A program made the translations under genes and the position numbers. Source: the human T2T-CHM13v2.0 reference genome, Homo sapiens. From it: a stretch of 64,000 bases of DNA. The notes beneath the pieces are model-generated. The model was not told the DNA's origin, did no database searches, and saw only the letters and a program-made list of their open reading frames with translations. Below are positions 1 to 14,579 of the stretch, piece after piece (positions within the stretch are counted from its first letter, which is position 1; each line of letters starts with the position of its first letter). The DNA lies in the NCBI RefSeq assembly GCF_009914755.1, contig NC_060929.1, one strand, 5' to 3'.

Positions 1-102
1 CCTTCCCAGAGGCACAGTTTAGAGAGACTCTAGATGCTGGGCTCAAGATACAGTGGATTTTTGTGGCTCGCAGAAAACACTGAATTCAAAACAAGCCTCT
101 AT

Positions 103-105
<3 letters not shown>

Positions 106-134
<29 letters not shown>
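106..134 (+). repeat. poly(A) tract (~29 A)
   Basis: Uninterrupted A run seen directly. Confidence 0.9.
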
Positions 135-140
<6 letters not shown>

Positions 141-279
141 CATTTGCCCCTAGCTCTAATAGGGACAATAATTCTGGAAAGTCAGGTTCAGGCTTTTAGA
201 TGCAAATAGATCTTTTCCCATATGTTTTGAATTGCTAAAACAGAAAGAGTGGAAAGAATTTTGAAACAAACAAGACCCC

Positions 280-811
280 TGACCTACTGGATCTTCAGTC
301 TGGCCTCTACCTGCCTCACAGGCACTGCTCATCCCACCTAGGCATGGCTGGATACTTGAGCCATGCTCCAGCCATGTTGGCTTCTTTCAGTTCCTCCAGT
401 GCCCCTTGCTTCTTCCTGCCACAGGGTCTTTGCATAACTTTTTCCACTTGCAAGTCTATTCTCTTTTCCTTCAACCTCTTCCCCATTTGCCTAATTAACT
501 TCTCTAGATCCTCTACATCTCAGTTCAAACTTTCTTTGCACCAGTCACATTCGCTGACCTCTGTGACCAGGCCAACCCCGTACTAAAAATATTCTTCCTC
601 CAAGCATTTCCAGTTATCACTTTGCATTTCTTCCTTTGATGTTTTTGATTTATGTCTACATCCCCCACCTAACTGTAAGCTCCTAGATGAAAAAGACTTG
701 TTCTCTTTAACCTGCTCATTATTCCCCTAGCACCTCCAAGTATAGTTGGCCCATCACACAGCAGGTGCTTAATAAATATTTGATGATTTCTTTAATGAGT
801 GAGTGAATGAA
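280..811 (+). mobile_element. LINE L2 3' fragment
   Basis: L2-like ctccagccatgttggcttctttcagttcctc... ending in gtgcttaataaatatttg...tgagtgaatgaa, the typical L2 3' tail. Confidence 0.7.
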
Positions 812-1572
812 CCTGTTGATTTCATTCACCTTAGTCTCCCTCAAATTTTTTCCAAAAGAGTTACTAATAGTGTGAAAGCTCTTCTGATGAAGAATGCCAC
901 TCTGTAGTTTTAACTCAGTAAGTAAGAAAGAATCATAAAACTCAACTAGGGCATTGACAAAATGAAAGTACAGTCAATGACCAAAATCGTCCCTTTTAAT
1001 TTTTCTTCTAGGAATTTAAGAAAAGAAGGCAAATTTAGCACCAGTGGTCCCTGTAAGTGAGCCCTAGGCCATATCTGATGCTTTTTATTTTAGGATCATT
1101 TCCAAAACTAGTTACAATGATTTTATTTGATAAAGTGAAATTCATCCCAATCTCTAGAGGGATACTCAGTCTCTAAATGTTTCAATGGTGCCATCATCTT
1201 ATTTTTAAAAAGAGTCACACTTAGACCTAGATGGTATGTTAATGAATATATAATATAAGGTTTGAATTTTTGTGTAATTTTTATATTTAGTTAAACTTTC
1301 TGTTTTAAAAAGGAAGTCTGGCATCTTGAGAATTCTAAGACCGTTTACCAAACTTATTCTGCATTGAAGATTGGAGTATGAGGTTTTGTGGGAGCTTGGT
1401 ATCATTTAGTGTTTTATGAGCAATAACATGAATGGTAAGATAATTTTAGGAAGTGGTAGACAGATTGGATTCACTTGGAACACAGCCAGAAAAATCAATA
1501 AATGATTATTTACTAATTCAGAAAAGATGATGATTCTAAGTCTTTTAAAATGCATTTTTAAAAACTGTTTTA

Positions 1573-4500
1573 CAAATCAGCAAGAAAAAAAAGGGCGCAA
1601 AGGGCATGAATAGACAATGCTCAAAAGAAGATATACAAATGGGAGAGAATCCACAGACCCTCTGTATAGGAAGCAGATTGTTCCTGCAGGCCCCAGGAGA
1701 CAACCGAAAAACTCTGAAGACAAAGGACATAACCTCTTGGGAGCTCTAGGCTCTACCTACCACCTGATCCTCCCTGTACTACCACAGCTGATGCTCTCTT
1801 GAAAGTGCCACCTCCTGGCAGGAGGCCAACCAACACAAAACACTGCAATAAACAAATCTACAACTAAGGACCCTCACAGAGTCCATTTCACTTTCCTGCC
1901 ACCTCCACTGGAGCAGGTGCTGCTATACATGGCTGAGAGACCTGAAGATGGTTTACACCACAAGACTCTGTGTAGACACCCCCCACTACCAGCCCAGACC
2001 CCAGCAGCTCCACTGGGTGGCTAGATCCAGAAGATTAATAACAAGCACTGCAGTTTGCCTTTCGGGAAGCCACATCCCTAGAGGAAGGGGGAGAGCACAG
2101 CATCAAGGGAGTATAGTGTGGGACAAAAGAATCAGAATAGCAGCCTTTTAGCCCCACATCTTCCCTCTGACATAGTCCACCCAAATGAGAAGGAACCAGA
2201 AAAACAATTCTGGTAATATGACAAAAAAAGGTTCTTTCACACTCTCAAAAGATCCCCCTAGCTTACCGGCAATGGATCCAAACCAAAAAGAAATCCCTGA
2301 ATTGGCAGAAAAAAAATTCAGCAGGTCGGTCATTAAGCTAATCAAGGAGACACCAGAGAAAGGTGAAGTCCAATTAAATGAAATAAAAAAAATGAGATAT
2401 GAAGGGAAAAATCTTCAGGGAAATAGCATAAATAAAAAAACAATCACAACTTCTGGAAATGACGGACACATTTAGAGAAATGCAAAATGCACTGGAAAGT
2501 CTCAGCGATAGACCTGAACAAGCAGAAGAAAGAGCTCAGAGCTCGAAGACAAAGTTTTTGGATTAACCCAATTCAGTAAAGACGAAAAAAAGAATTTAAA
2601 AAAATGAAAAAAGCCTCCAAGAGGTTTGGGGTTATGTTAAATGAACAAACCTAAAAATAATGGATGTTTCTAAGGAAGAAGAAAAATCTAAAAATGTGGA
2701 AAACATATTTGTGGGAATAGTTGAGGAAAACTTCCCTGGCCTTGCTAGAGATCTAGACATACAAGTACAGGAAGCTCAAAGAATACCTGGGAAATTTATT
2801 GCATAAAGATCAACACCCAGGCACAGAGTCATAAGGTTATCTAAAGTCAAGACAGAGGAAATAATCTTAAGAGCCATGTATTCTATGGAAGTGGGCATCG
2901 AAAATGATTTATAGTCTAGGGACCCAGAAGTTAAGGATTACCGTTACATTAAAAGACTGTATCTAAACTCAAAGAGAACACGAGAAGTCAAGAGAGGACA
3001 GTGGGGACAATCTCTTGAGATTTGATTTTATCAGCCATCTCAAGCCAAAATATATTTGGTTAACTTTGATTTAAGTAAGTGGTTGCCATAATCCTCAACT
3101 TAGTTTACATGTATAGAATACATAGACAGTTTTCTGGTGATATTATTTAATACCACACACTATGTATCTAATGGGTGATATAAAAAACTTAACAGGAGTC
3201 TTCCTTCTCTTTCTTTGCTGATAGCCTTGGATCCTGAGTGATGAGTCAATCGGCTTTGTGAACACTCCCAAACCAAGGAGACAGCCCCTACTATTGCTGA
3301 CAGCTTTAGTTGTTAGAATATTGTCCCGTATATTGAGCCAGACATCTGTGCCTTGCAACATCCATTCACAATTCCTAATTCTGCCCTGTGGAGTTTCCTC
3401 TACTGTTTGAATTTCTGTAAATAATAAATCTTCCTTTTCTTCTCTCTGGCCTACTAATGATGGTGTTGCCTAAGGATCACTCCGGGTTGCACTTAAGGCA
3501 GTGCTAGGAGGCAAATTCATAGCCTTAAATCCCTACATCAAAAAGTCTGAAAGAGCACAAATAGACAATCTAAGGTCAAACCCCAAGGAACTAGAGAAAC
3601 AAGAACAAACCCAACTCAACCCAAGCAGAAGAAAAGAAATAACTAAGATAAGAGCAGAGCTAAATGAAATGGAAACAAACCAAAAAAATTACAAAAAATA
3701 AATGAAACTAAAAGCTGGTTCTTTAAAATAATAATTAAAAAAGATAACCATTAGCAAGATAGACCAAGAAAAGAAGAGAGAAGATCCAAATAAGCTCAAT
3801 TGGAAACACAACAGGAGATACTACAACCAATACCACAGAAATGCAAAAGATCATTCAGGGCTACTATGAACACCTTTATGTGCATGAACTAGGAAACCTA
3901 GAGGAGATGCATAAATTCCTGGAAATATACCACCCTCTTAGATTAAACCAGGAAGAAATAGAAACTCTGAACAGACCAATAAGAAGCAGCAAGATTGAAA
4001 TGGTAATTTTAGAAATTGCCAACAAAAAAGTCCAAGACCAGATGGATTCACAGCTGAATTCTATCAAACATTCAAAGAAGAATTGGGACCAATCCTATTG
4101 ACACTATTCCAAAAGATAAAGAGGGAATCCTCCCTAAATCATTCTATGAAGCCAGTATCACCCTAATATCAAAACCAGGAAAGGACATAACCAAAAAGAA
4201 AACTATAGATCAATATTCCTGATGAATATAGAAGAAAACATCCTTAACAAAATACCAGCTAACCTAATTCAACAGCATATCAAAAAGATAATCCACCATG
4301 ATCAAGTGGGTTTCATACCAGGGATGCAGGGATGGTTTAACATATGCAAGTCAATAAATGTGATACACCACATAAACAGAATTAAAAACAAAAATCACAT
4401 GATCATCTCAATAGACCCAGGAAAAGCATCTGACAAAATCCAGCAATGCTTTATGATTAAAACCATCAGCAAAATCAGCATAGAAGGGTCGTACCTTTAC

Positions 4501-6227
4501 ATAATAAGACTCATCTATGACAAACCCAAAGCTAACATAATACCGAATGGGGAAAAGTTGAAAGCATTCCCCCTGAGAACTGGAGCAGGACAAAGATGCC
4601 CACTGTCACAACTTCTATTCATCATAGTACTGGAAGTCCTAGCCAGAGCAATCAGACAAGAGAAAGAAATAAAAGGTATCCAAATCGGTAATGAGGAAGT
4701 CAAACTGTCAGTTTGCTGGTGATATCATTGCATACCTACAAAACCCTAAAGACTCCTGCAAAAAGCTCCTAGATCTGATAAATGAATTCAGCAAAATTTC
4801 AGGATACAAAATTAATGTACACAAATCAGTAGCTCTGCGATACACCAACAGCAAACAAGATGAGAATCAAATAAAGAACCCAACCCCTTTTACAATAGCA
4901 GCAAAAAATTAAAATACTTAGGAACAAACCTAGCCAAGGACATGAAAGACCTCTCTACAAGGAATTCTATAAAACACTGCTGAAGGAAATTATAGATGAC
5001 ACAAATGGGACATGTCCCATGCTCATGGATGAGTAGAATCAATATTGTGAAAATGACCGCATTGTCAAAGCAATCTACAAATTCAATACAATTCCCATCA
5101 AAATACCACCATCATTTATCACAGAGTTAGAAAAAAAACTATTCTAAAATTCATATGGAACCACAAAAGAGCCTGTTTAGCCAAAGCAAGACTAAGCAAA
5201 AAGAACAAATCTGGAGGCATCACATTATCTGACTTTATACTGTAAGGCCTTAGTCACCAAAACAACATGGTACTGGTATAAAAATAGGCACATAGCTCGA
5301 TGGAACAGAATAGAGAACCCAGAAATAAAGTGAAATACTTGCAGTCACTGATCTTTGACAAAGCAAACAAAAACAAAGCGGGGAAAGGATACCCTATTCG
5401 ACAAATGGTGATGGGATAATTGGCAAGCCACATGTATATGAATGAAACTGGATCCTCATCCCTCACCTTATACAAAAATCAACTCAAGATGGAAGAAGGA
5501 CTTAAATCTAAGACCTAACACCATAAAAATTATAGAAGATAAATCAGAAAAACCATCCTGTAAATTAGCTTAGGCAAAGACTTCATGACCAAGAACCCAA
5601 AAGCAAATGCAACTTTGTTTTTACAAAGATAAATAGATGGACTTAATTAAACTAAAAAGCTTCTGCATAGCAAAAAAAAAAAAAAAAAAAAGCAGAGTAA
5701 ACAGACAACCCACAGAGTGGGAGAAAATCTTCACAATCTATACATCTGACAAAAGACTAATATCCAGAATCTACAAGGAACTCATACAGATCAGCAAGAG
5801 GAAAACAAACAATCCCATCAAAAAGTGGACTAAGGACATGAATGGACAATTCTCAAAAGAAGATATACAAATGGCTAACAAACATATGAAAAAAATGCCT
5901 AACATCACTAATGATCAGGGAATTGCAAATCAACACCGCAATGCAATGCCACCTTACTCCTGCAAGAATGGCTATAATCAAAAAATCAAAAAATAATACA
6001 TGTTGGTGTGGATGTGGTGAAAGGGGAACACTTTTACGCTGTTGATGGGAATGTAAACTAGTACAACCACTATGGAAAACAGTGTGGAGATTCCTTAAAT
6101 AACTAAAAGTAGAACTACCGTTTGATCCAGCAATCCCACTACTGGATATCTACTCAGAGGAAAAGAAGTCATGTGAAAAAGAAACTTGCCCAAATGGCTA
6201 TCAATCAGTGAGTTCGTAAAGAAATTG

Positions 6228-6270
<43 letters not shown>

Positions 6271-6638
6271 ATGGAATACTACTCAGCCATAAAAAGGAGT
6301 GAAATAATGACATTTGCAGCAACCTGGATGGAGTTAGAGACCATTATTGTAAGTGAAGTAACTCAGGAATGGAAAACCAAACATCATATGTTCTCCCTCA
6401 TAAGTGGGAGATAAGCATTTGAATGCAAAGGCATACAAATGATACAAATGGACTTTGGAGACTCAGGGGAAAGGGTGGGAGTGGGGTGAGGGATAAAAAA
6501 CTACACATTGGGTACAGTGTACAATGCTCAGGTGATGGGTACACCAAAATCTCAGAAATCCCCACTAAAGAAATTTTCAATGTGACCAAACACCTCCTAT
6601 TTTCCCAAAACTACTGGAATAAAAATAAAAATATCAAG
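1573..6638 (+). mobile_element. Rearranged, inactive LINE-1 (L1PB-like): partial 5'UTR, ORF1 start, ORF2 RT and C-terminal remnants, 3'UTR, A-rich tail
   Basis: ORF1-like MRRNQKNNSGNMTK (2185). ORF2 fragments GKFIALN (3501), [17 protein letters not shown] (4222) and degenerate FADD motif FAGD (4691 ORF). L1PB-type 3'UTR. 12-bp TSD AAAACTGTTTTA at 1561-1572 and 6639-6650. Many stops and frameshifts. Confidence 0.9.
6229..6269 (+). repeat. (CA)n microsatellite within the L1 3' region
   Basis: About 20 CA units. Confidence 0.9.
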
Positions 6639-6996
6639 AAAACTGTTTTATACCTTAAAGTGATTTTCTTCTATTTTGTTTGTTTTGATAATGAGGTGAG
6701 AAAAGATATGAAGGACAGCCAGAGTGCTTATACCATTAAAAGATACATTAATTGATGTTTTTTCTTGAACTAAATTGAAAGTAGCCAACTTTCTTGCCCT
6801 AAGAAGATCACAAATTATTAGAATTACCTGCAAGGACATTTGATACTTAGGAGACTTGAAGCTGGGGTGCTAGAGCCTGAACTTTATTGTAAAAATTCTT
6901 CTGGCTCTTGGAAAAGGCCTGTCTAGATTGCTAGAGTGTGTTCTACTGGTTCTGAACAAAGTCAATGCCATATTAACTAGTAATTTAAAATATTAA

Positions 6997-7519
<523 letters not shown>

Positions 7520-8752
7520 CTAATTGTGTCTAGGTGTTTTGACTTTGTTTCACCCCATTTTTTTATGATTTTCAAAATAAGTTATTTTAAAAACAATTAT
7601 TTTTAAGATGAATTTATTATGGATGGCATAAACATTTTTTATTCCTTTTGTCTGTTAACTTCACTGTGGGACATTTAACTTTTTACATGGCAAGTTTACT
7701 CACATTGCAGTACAGTGCTTCACAAAGAAATAAATTGCCTTTGGAGAGTAAGGTTACACCCAGTGCTGCGACAGATCAGAACTTGCCATGTCAGGTATGA
7801 AACTCAGACTCCCTGTATAGTGGATCCAAAAAGCAGTTTGTGACACACTATTCATTTTCCTTAGAGTTCTTTGGCTGGGAGCTATTAGCAGTGCCTAGAG
7901 AAAACATCTGACCCTTGCCAGTATGTGTCTCTGGCCTGCACGGGGTGGGAGGGTTGATTTCACTAGAGCCAACAGGATGAGTCCCCATAGGGCAGCATAC
8001 ACAGTAGCTGTTGTAGCAGAAGAAATGAGAAATGCAACAGGTCTGCAGGTTAGAATGCTTGTTCTTGTCCTCTCTTCTTGTTGAATGATCAGTAACACAT
8101 CCTTTACTAATAATATAATGGGTAGCAGGTTAAAACTCAAAGTTAACTTGGAAATCAGCTATTTGGATTCATTTACAGTTTAGAGGTAAAAAACCAAGAT
8201 CCAGAAAATATAAAAGACTCTCTCAACATATTTCTATATTTATGTTTAAATGTCAGTATGGGGCTTGATAGCATTTCAGACTGAATAAGATTCACTGATG
8301 TGAAGACCTGCATGGAGAAGGACTAATGCAAGTGGAATATGCATGCTCAATATGTGTGCATTCAGCTCCTTGACTGGAACATCTCCTAGAGACAAAAATA
8401 GGCAATAGCAGCCTTCCTGCAATGGCAGCATAATCTGAGTTCCCCTTTACAAGGGAAAGTTCACTGTCAGGGCTGTTGTGCTCAAAGACACTTTCTGTGG
8501 GGTACAGATTGCCCCAGAGAATGAAAGCTAACCTGACAGAGTGAATGATGGTAGTTCGTATCAGCCATGCATGTTTCTTAATTTTGTTAATTAAACCTTA
8601 AAAGAAAAGTTTTCTAGGAATAATTCATCTGTAGATTAAAAAAAGCTTTTTGGCTACAGATACAGTTCCTTAAAGGGTGCATCTTGCTGAATTGCTGTGT
8701 AGAGTGCTAGAATGCACACCTTCCTTTCACCATACAGGTTCTTTATCTCATA

Positions 8753-10029
8753 TAGGGAGCACTTCAAAAAGTTTGTCAAAAAATGGTGAAAATGATGAAA
8801 AATATAAACTTTATATCTCAACATAAACTGCATCAAGGTCAAGAGACTTTTGTAAGTGATAACAGCAGCCATTTAGTCTATCCCTAGAGAACTGAGGGAT
8901 AACCATGTCAATGCAGTCTTTTTTACATTATTAACTGAAAAAACAATAAGTGTTCCTTATAGAAATTTTAAGATAAAGAAACAAAAAGAAGTCAGAAGGA
9001 ACCAAGTTACTACTGTAAGGTAGATGCCTAATGATTTCCTATTGAAAGTCTCATCAAATTGTCCTTGTTTGATAAGAGGAATGAGCATGAGCATTTTTGT
9101 GGTGGAGAAGGATTCTCTGGTGAAGGTTTCCTGGGAATTTTTCTGCTACAGCTTTGGCTAACTCTCTCAAAACAGTCTCATATGAAACACGTTATTTTTC
9201 TTTGGCCCTCCAGAAAGTCAACAGGCAAAATGCCTTGAGCATCCAAAAAAACCATTGCCATGACACTTGCTCTTTACCAATCTGCTTTTGCTTAGCCTGG
9301 ACCACTTCCACCTCTTGGTAGCCATTGCTTTGATTGTGCCTTGTCTTCAGAATTATACAGTTGAAGCCATGTTTTATCTCCTGTTACAATTGTTTGAAGA
9401 ATCAGGCTCAGGATTTCAATCCCACTTGTTTAAAATTTCCATTGAAAGCTCTATTTTTGTCTGCATCGATCTGGATGCAACAGTGTTGTCACCCATCGAG
9501 TGAAAACTTTGCTCAACTTTTAATTTTTCAGTCAGAATTGTGTCAGCAGAACTCACAGATGTCTGTGATGTTGACTATTGTTTCTGCTCTTGCCAGTCCT
9601 CTTCAATTAGGCCATGAGCAAGATTTATTTTTTTCTCAAAAATTGATGTGGATGATCTGCCACTGTGGGCTTTGTCTTCAACATTGTCTTATCCCTTCTT
9701 AAAATGAGTTATCCACTTGTATACTGTTAATTTCTTTAGAACATTGTCCCCACAAACTTTTTATAAAGCCTCAGTGATTTCGCCATTCTTCCACCCAAGC
9801 TTTACCATAAGTTTGATGTTTGTTCTTGCTTCAATTTTAGCAGAATTCATGTTTCTCAGATAGAGGCTCTTTTCAAACTGAAGTCTTAGCCTTTTTAGTG
9901 TCTCAGACTAGATCCTGTTTGGACATGTTATGACAAGTTAGTACAAGTTTATTTTGGTACAAAAAATTGTGAAATTCATGCATAATTTTTTATAATATGC
10001 ATTTACCATGACCTTTTGAAGACTCCTCA
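8753..10029 (-). mobile_element. Near full-length Hsmar2 mariner DNA transposon (defective transposase)
   Basis: Degenerate TIRs (..CTTCAAAAAG..) flanked by TA. Minus-strand ATG at 9850 reads MNSAKIEARTNIKLMVKLGWKNGEITEAL*. Downstream mariner motifs TGDKTW (TGDETW) and YSSNLVPSDFFLF (YSPDLAPSD). Confidence 0.85.
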
Positions 10030-10177
10030 TATTTTATGTAACCCAGCTTCTACAGGGAAATTGGAACATGATGAGAGTTAAGGGATAGTTAGGGAAGAGG
10101 TCAGTGGAATGCCCACAGTATTCCTTCCTGTATGGTAAATCCACAGTCCCATGAGGATAGCCTCCCTCCAGAGCTCA

Positions 10178-10484
10178 CTTATTTATTTATTTATTTATTT
10201 ATTTTTTGAGACAGAGTCTTGTTCTGTTGCCCAGGTTGGAGTGCAGCGGCGCCATCTCTGCAACCTCCACCTCCTGGGTTCAAGCTATTCTCCTGCCTCA
10301 GCCTCCCGAGTAGCTGGGATTACAGGCACCTACCACCATGCCTGGCTAATTTTTTTGTATTTTTAGTAGAGACAGGGTTTCACCATGTTGGCCAGGCTGG
10401 ACTCAAACTCCTGACCTCAGGTGATCCACCTGCCTCGATCTCCCAAAGTGCTAGGATTACAGGTGTGAGCCACTGTGCCCAGCC
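10178..10484 (-). mobile_element. AluS-like
   Basis: Antisense Alu with (TTTA)n tail. TSD CCAGAGCTCA at 10168-10177 and 10485-10494. Confidence 0.92.
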
Positions 10485-11601
10485 CCAGAGCTCATCTTGA
10501 TAGGCAACACTGAATGTGACATTTCCAGCCAGCATGGACAGAGAATCCTGTTTACTTGCATTCCAACCCCTATCCCAGAGAATGGTATGGTGTCCTCATC
10601 CCCAAGGCCTTCCTCAAGCAGCCATCAGCATTAATCAAGAAGCTCCTTCTTCAAGAACGCTGCTGGCACCTGCCGCACTTGTGTTCAAAATCAAGAAAGG
10701 CCACTCTGGACAATAGGCCTGAGCTCTATTTCTCCATAGATGGTGGGGCTCTTACTTTCCCTTTTCTTCTGTTGTTAATTAGGCAAACAAATAACACCCT
10801 TAGTACTCAGGGAAAGTGCCTGGATCCAGTTAATTACCCATTTTCACAAATCTAAGGTAATAAAAATATAAAAGATACTGCTATTCTCCACACCAGGGCT
10901 ATTTTATGGCTGAGAAAGCCTTCCTTTTTCACAACAGCGGGCAGAACTAATACAAGCTGCTTCACTGTGCACAGATAAGTTCCCCTTTCTCAGTTCATGA
11001 CCTCAAGCTGATTGGGATCAGCTGCTCTCTGGAGACCTACATGCATCTCTCAATGCCAGGACATGTGCCAGGACACCTCCTAGCTCCTGCTGCAACCGTC
11101 TAGACTAGATACTTGTCAACCCTCCTCACCACCTACACTGGTTCCCACCCTGCACACTGTCAGACCCACACACTCGCTGACACACCCTGCTCCCAGCAGG
11201 TCTAGATCTCAAGGCAGCATGCTTGTGACTTTTTTCTCCCTTGTTATGCTTAACTTTCATTTCTTTGTTTTCTATGTACAAAACTCCCTTTGAAGTATTG
11301 CGTCTTTTGTAGCATACATACAGCTCTATCTACTTGATTTGAGCAGTATCATGATATTCTGACATAGAATATTAAAGTTAATAGTGTTATTTTATGCATC
11401 CCAAACACAGATAGACTATAATCTCTCCTACTAAAATAGACATAAGTATTTATAGCTTCATACTGTGGTTTGGGGAGAGAAGATTGGTTATAAAACTGTT
11501 CAGAAATTGTTTTGATGAATTTATTTCTTTCCCATTGCTTGATATTAAAATATAAATATTGACTAAGCTCTAATTTAACACAATTTTCACTTTTTCTGCA
11601 G

Positions 11602-11677
11602 CACCTGAAATTCTTAGAGGTTGTGCCTATGGACCTGAGGTGGACATGTGGTCTGTAGGAATAATCACCTACATCTT
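11602..11677 (+). CDS. CAMK4: CaM kinase IV coding exon (exon 8, 76 nt), kinase subdomains VIII-IX
   Basis: tttttctgcag acceptor and gtaagt donor. Encodes (A)PEILRGCAYGPEVDMWSVGIITYI(L), with APE and DxWSxG motifs. Confidence 0.97.
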
Positions 11678-12525
11678 GTAAGTGAAGAAAAGCAATATTT
11701 ATGTAAACTATTTACCTTGCTGTGACATTTTCTAGATACCTCTAATGCTCATAAAAACCATAAAGATTACTTTTTGCCTTTTTGTGATTTTCTGTTACAT
11801 ACTAAATGCAGTTAGTGATAGAATTTCCTGAAAATGAACATTGCTTTTTATTTTGGAATTTTCTTGAGACCGGAATTCTTGTCCAGGGCTTTCCTATGTC
11901 TATATCCACTATGTAATATACAGCAGATTTAGGGAACAGTTTATTACTTGACACTAGTAAAGAATATGAGCCCAAGACCAGCTGTGTAAACTTGCTCTTG
12001 TTTTACTTATTTGCATCTTATATGAAATTATTAGATTTAGTCCTTTTAAATGGGCAAATGACTATTTAATTTCTTAAGCAATTCCAAACTGGTATATTTC
12101 TTATCAGGAATATTTTAAATGCATTTTTAGCTATCAATTTTGTTTCTTATTTCTGTTAGGTTTTCAAGGGTCTTAAATTTAACACCCTACACAAATTTCT
12201 TGGGAAAAAAAATGAGTGAAATATTTTAATCCCTGGTATCCCCACATCCATTCCTGAGCTCCTGTCTAATAAGAAGTAAGGAGTTTCATGAAATTTGCCA
12301 AAGACATGGTGGAACTGCAGGTGGTGATGAAAAAAATCAACCAAATAGAAGAGCGTCTGAGAAGGAAGAATACTGTAGAACAACTAGAAAATAAGATATC
12401 GATGCTTTCAAGAGTTTAGTTCAAAACAAGGAGACTTAGTTGCCATTTAGAGAGTACTACAAAGTTAGTTGTTGGAATGCATAATATTCCAATTTAGAGA
12501 AATTTTGAAGGGTTTGAAAGTAGGT

Positions 12526-12910
12526 ATACTAGTCTACCTGGGCTTACATAACAAAATATATAGACTGGGTGGCTTAAATAACAGAAAGTTATTTTCTCAC
12601 AGTTTTCGGGGGCTGGAAGTCCAAGACCAGAGTGTCAGCACAGTCAGCTTCTGCTGAGGGCCCTCTCTTGGCTTGCAGATGGCCGCCCTCTCACGGTGTC
12701 CTCACATGATGGGGAGAAGGAGAGAGCAAGCTCTGTGTACTCTTTTCTTATGAGGGGACTAATCCCATGAGGAAGACCCCACTCTCATGACCTCATCTAA
12801 ACCTGATTGCCTCCCAAGGGCTCCATCTCCAAATACTATCTCATTGGGAGCTGGGGCATCAACATATGGATTTTGGGGTTGGAGGGGGGAATACAATTCA
12901 GTCCGTAGCA
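12526..12910. mobile_element. MaLR LTR (MLT1-like solo LTR)
   Basis: Characteristic agactgggtggcttaaataacagaaa...ggctggaagtccaaga...cttgcagatggccgcc sequence. Confidence 0.75.
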
Positions 12911-13171
12911 GAATGCTTTTAATTAAAGTTGTTTTTAACTTAATAGTGATCTTAAAAAATTCAATATCCAGGTGATATGGACTAGGAATGGGCTAACTGT
13001 GGTAGGGCCCACAAGCACGTTAGCAAACTCTAATTTACCTGATATACAATGGTTGATCGCCAAGACAGAAAGGTTTAACAAGCAACTGATAAAATAGCCA
13101 TCCACTAATATGTAATACAAAAAGATATTTTGTGTGCTCAATTCCTTGTGTCTTTAGAAAAGCTTGAGAGG

Positions 13172-13573
<402 letters not shown>

Positions 13574-14528
13574 TTAGGTACCAGTGTACCAACAATTGGT
13601 AGGTACATTGTTGAAATGTACTGGGAGGCATTAAGTATTAATGATATGAAAGAACTTGGAGAGATGGAAGTAGGAAATTAAGTTACATTTACCCAGAAAA
13701 ATTGGAATGTGGAATGCATAAAACTTAATGATATCACTGACATGGGAAAATGAAGGGAAAAATATAATTACTTGAGAAATATTTTATTGTAACCCTGAAG
13801 ATAGTTCTAAAAATCTGTCCTATCCCCTAGTCCATTACCAAATTATGCAAACTATTTTATATATTTCTTTTATCTTTATACACTTTAGGTAATTAATTAA
13901 TAGGTTTAGTTGAAAGTAAGAGTGGTAGCCTCCAAAATGAAAATAACAGTGCTGCTTACAACTAATATTCTTTAGTTTTTGGCTAACTTCTGTCAGGCCC
14001 TAAGCCTGAGGACGTTTTATTTACTCTGTAGTTCTTTAATAATTGGTGAAGTCCACTGGCACGGTCGACTGGCACATTTTCTCTGGTGGGTTGTGCTACT
14101 TGATCTCTGTATCTTCTTTATTAGATTGGTTTAATGTACATTTAGTGGCCTGCTGGGCACCTGAGACTATGACCTCTAACATCTCACTCATTTCACCAGA
14201 GTGGCTTGGAGACAGACACAGTAGAGTAGAGAAGTAACCAAATGAAGAATTAGAACTAAAGATCCATTTTGTTAATGCTTCCTGGGAAAGTAAATCTTAC
14301 AATGAAGCTACGTTATAAGCTTCAGTCAGATTCTTTCTTCTGTCTTCCAAATGTTGAGGCATTTGCTTTACTGATACTTGTCTGTATGTACATAAACTCT
14401 GGGGCTGTTTTTTTTTAATAAAGCCATGAATAGACATTGGATTCTTCCTATCAGTGTAAAGAATTCTGTTACCTCTTTTGTCCCTCTTCTTGTGGCTACT
14501 GCTGCATTTTAACTTCACTCTTTGCTTC

Positions 14529-14530
<2 letters not shown>

Positions 14531-14579
<49 letters not shown>

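Noticed and set aside
2185-5996. ORFs of 60-166 aa resembling ORF1p and reverse transcriptase
   Set aside because: Fragments of a dead L1 with frameshifts, stops and no endonuclease domain. Not a novel RT system.
9267-9702. 78-aa and 122-aa + strand ORFs
   Set aside because: Antisense shadows of the decayed Hsmar2 transposase.
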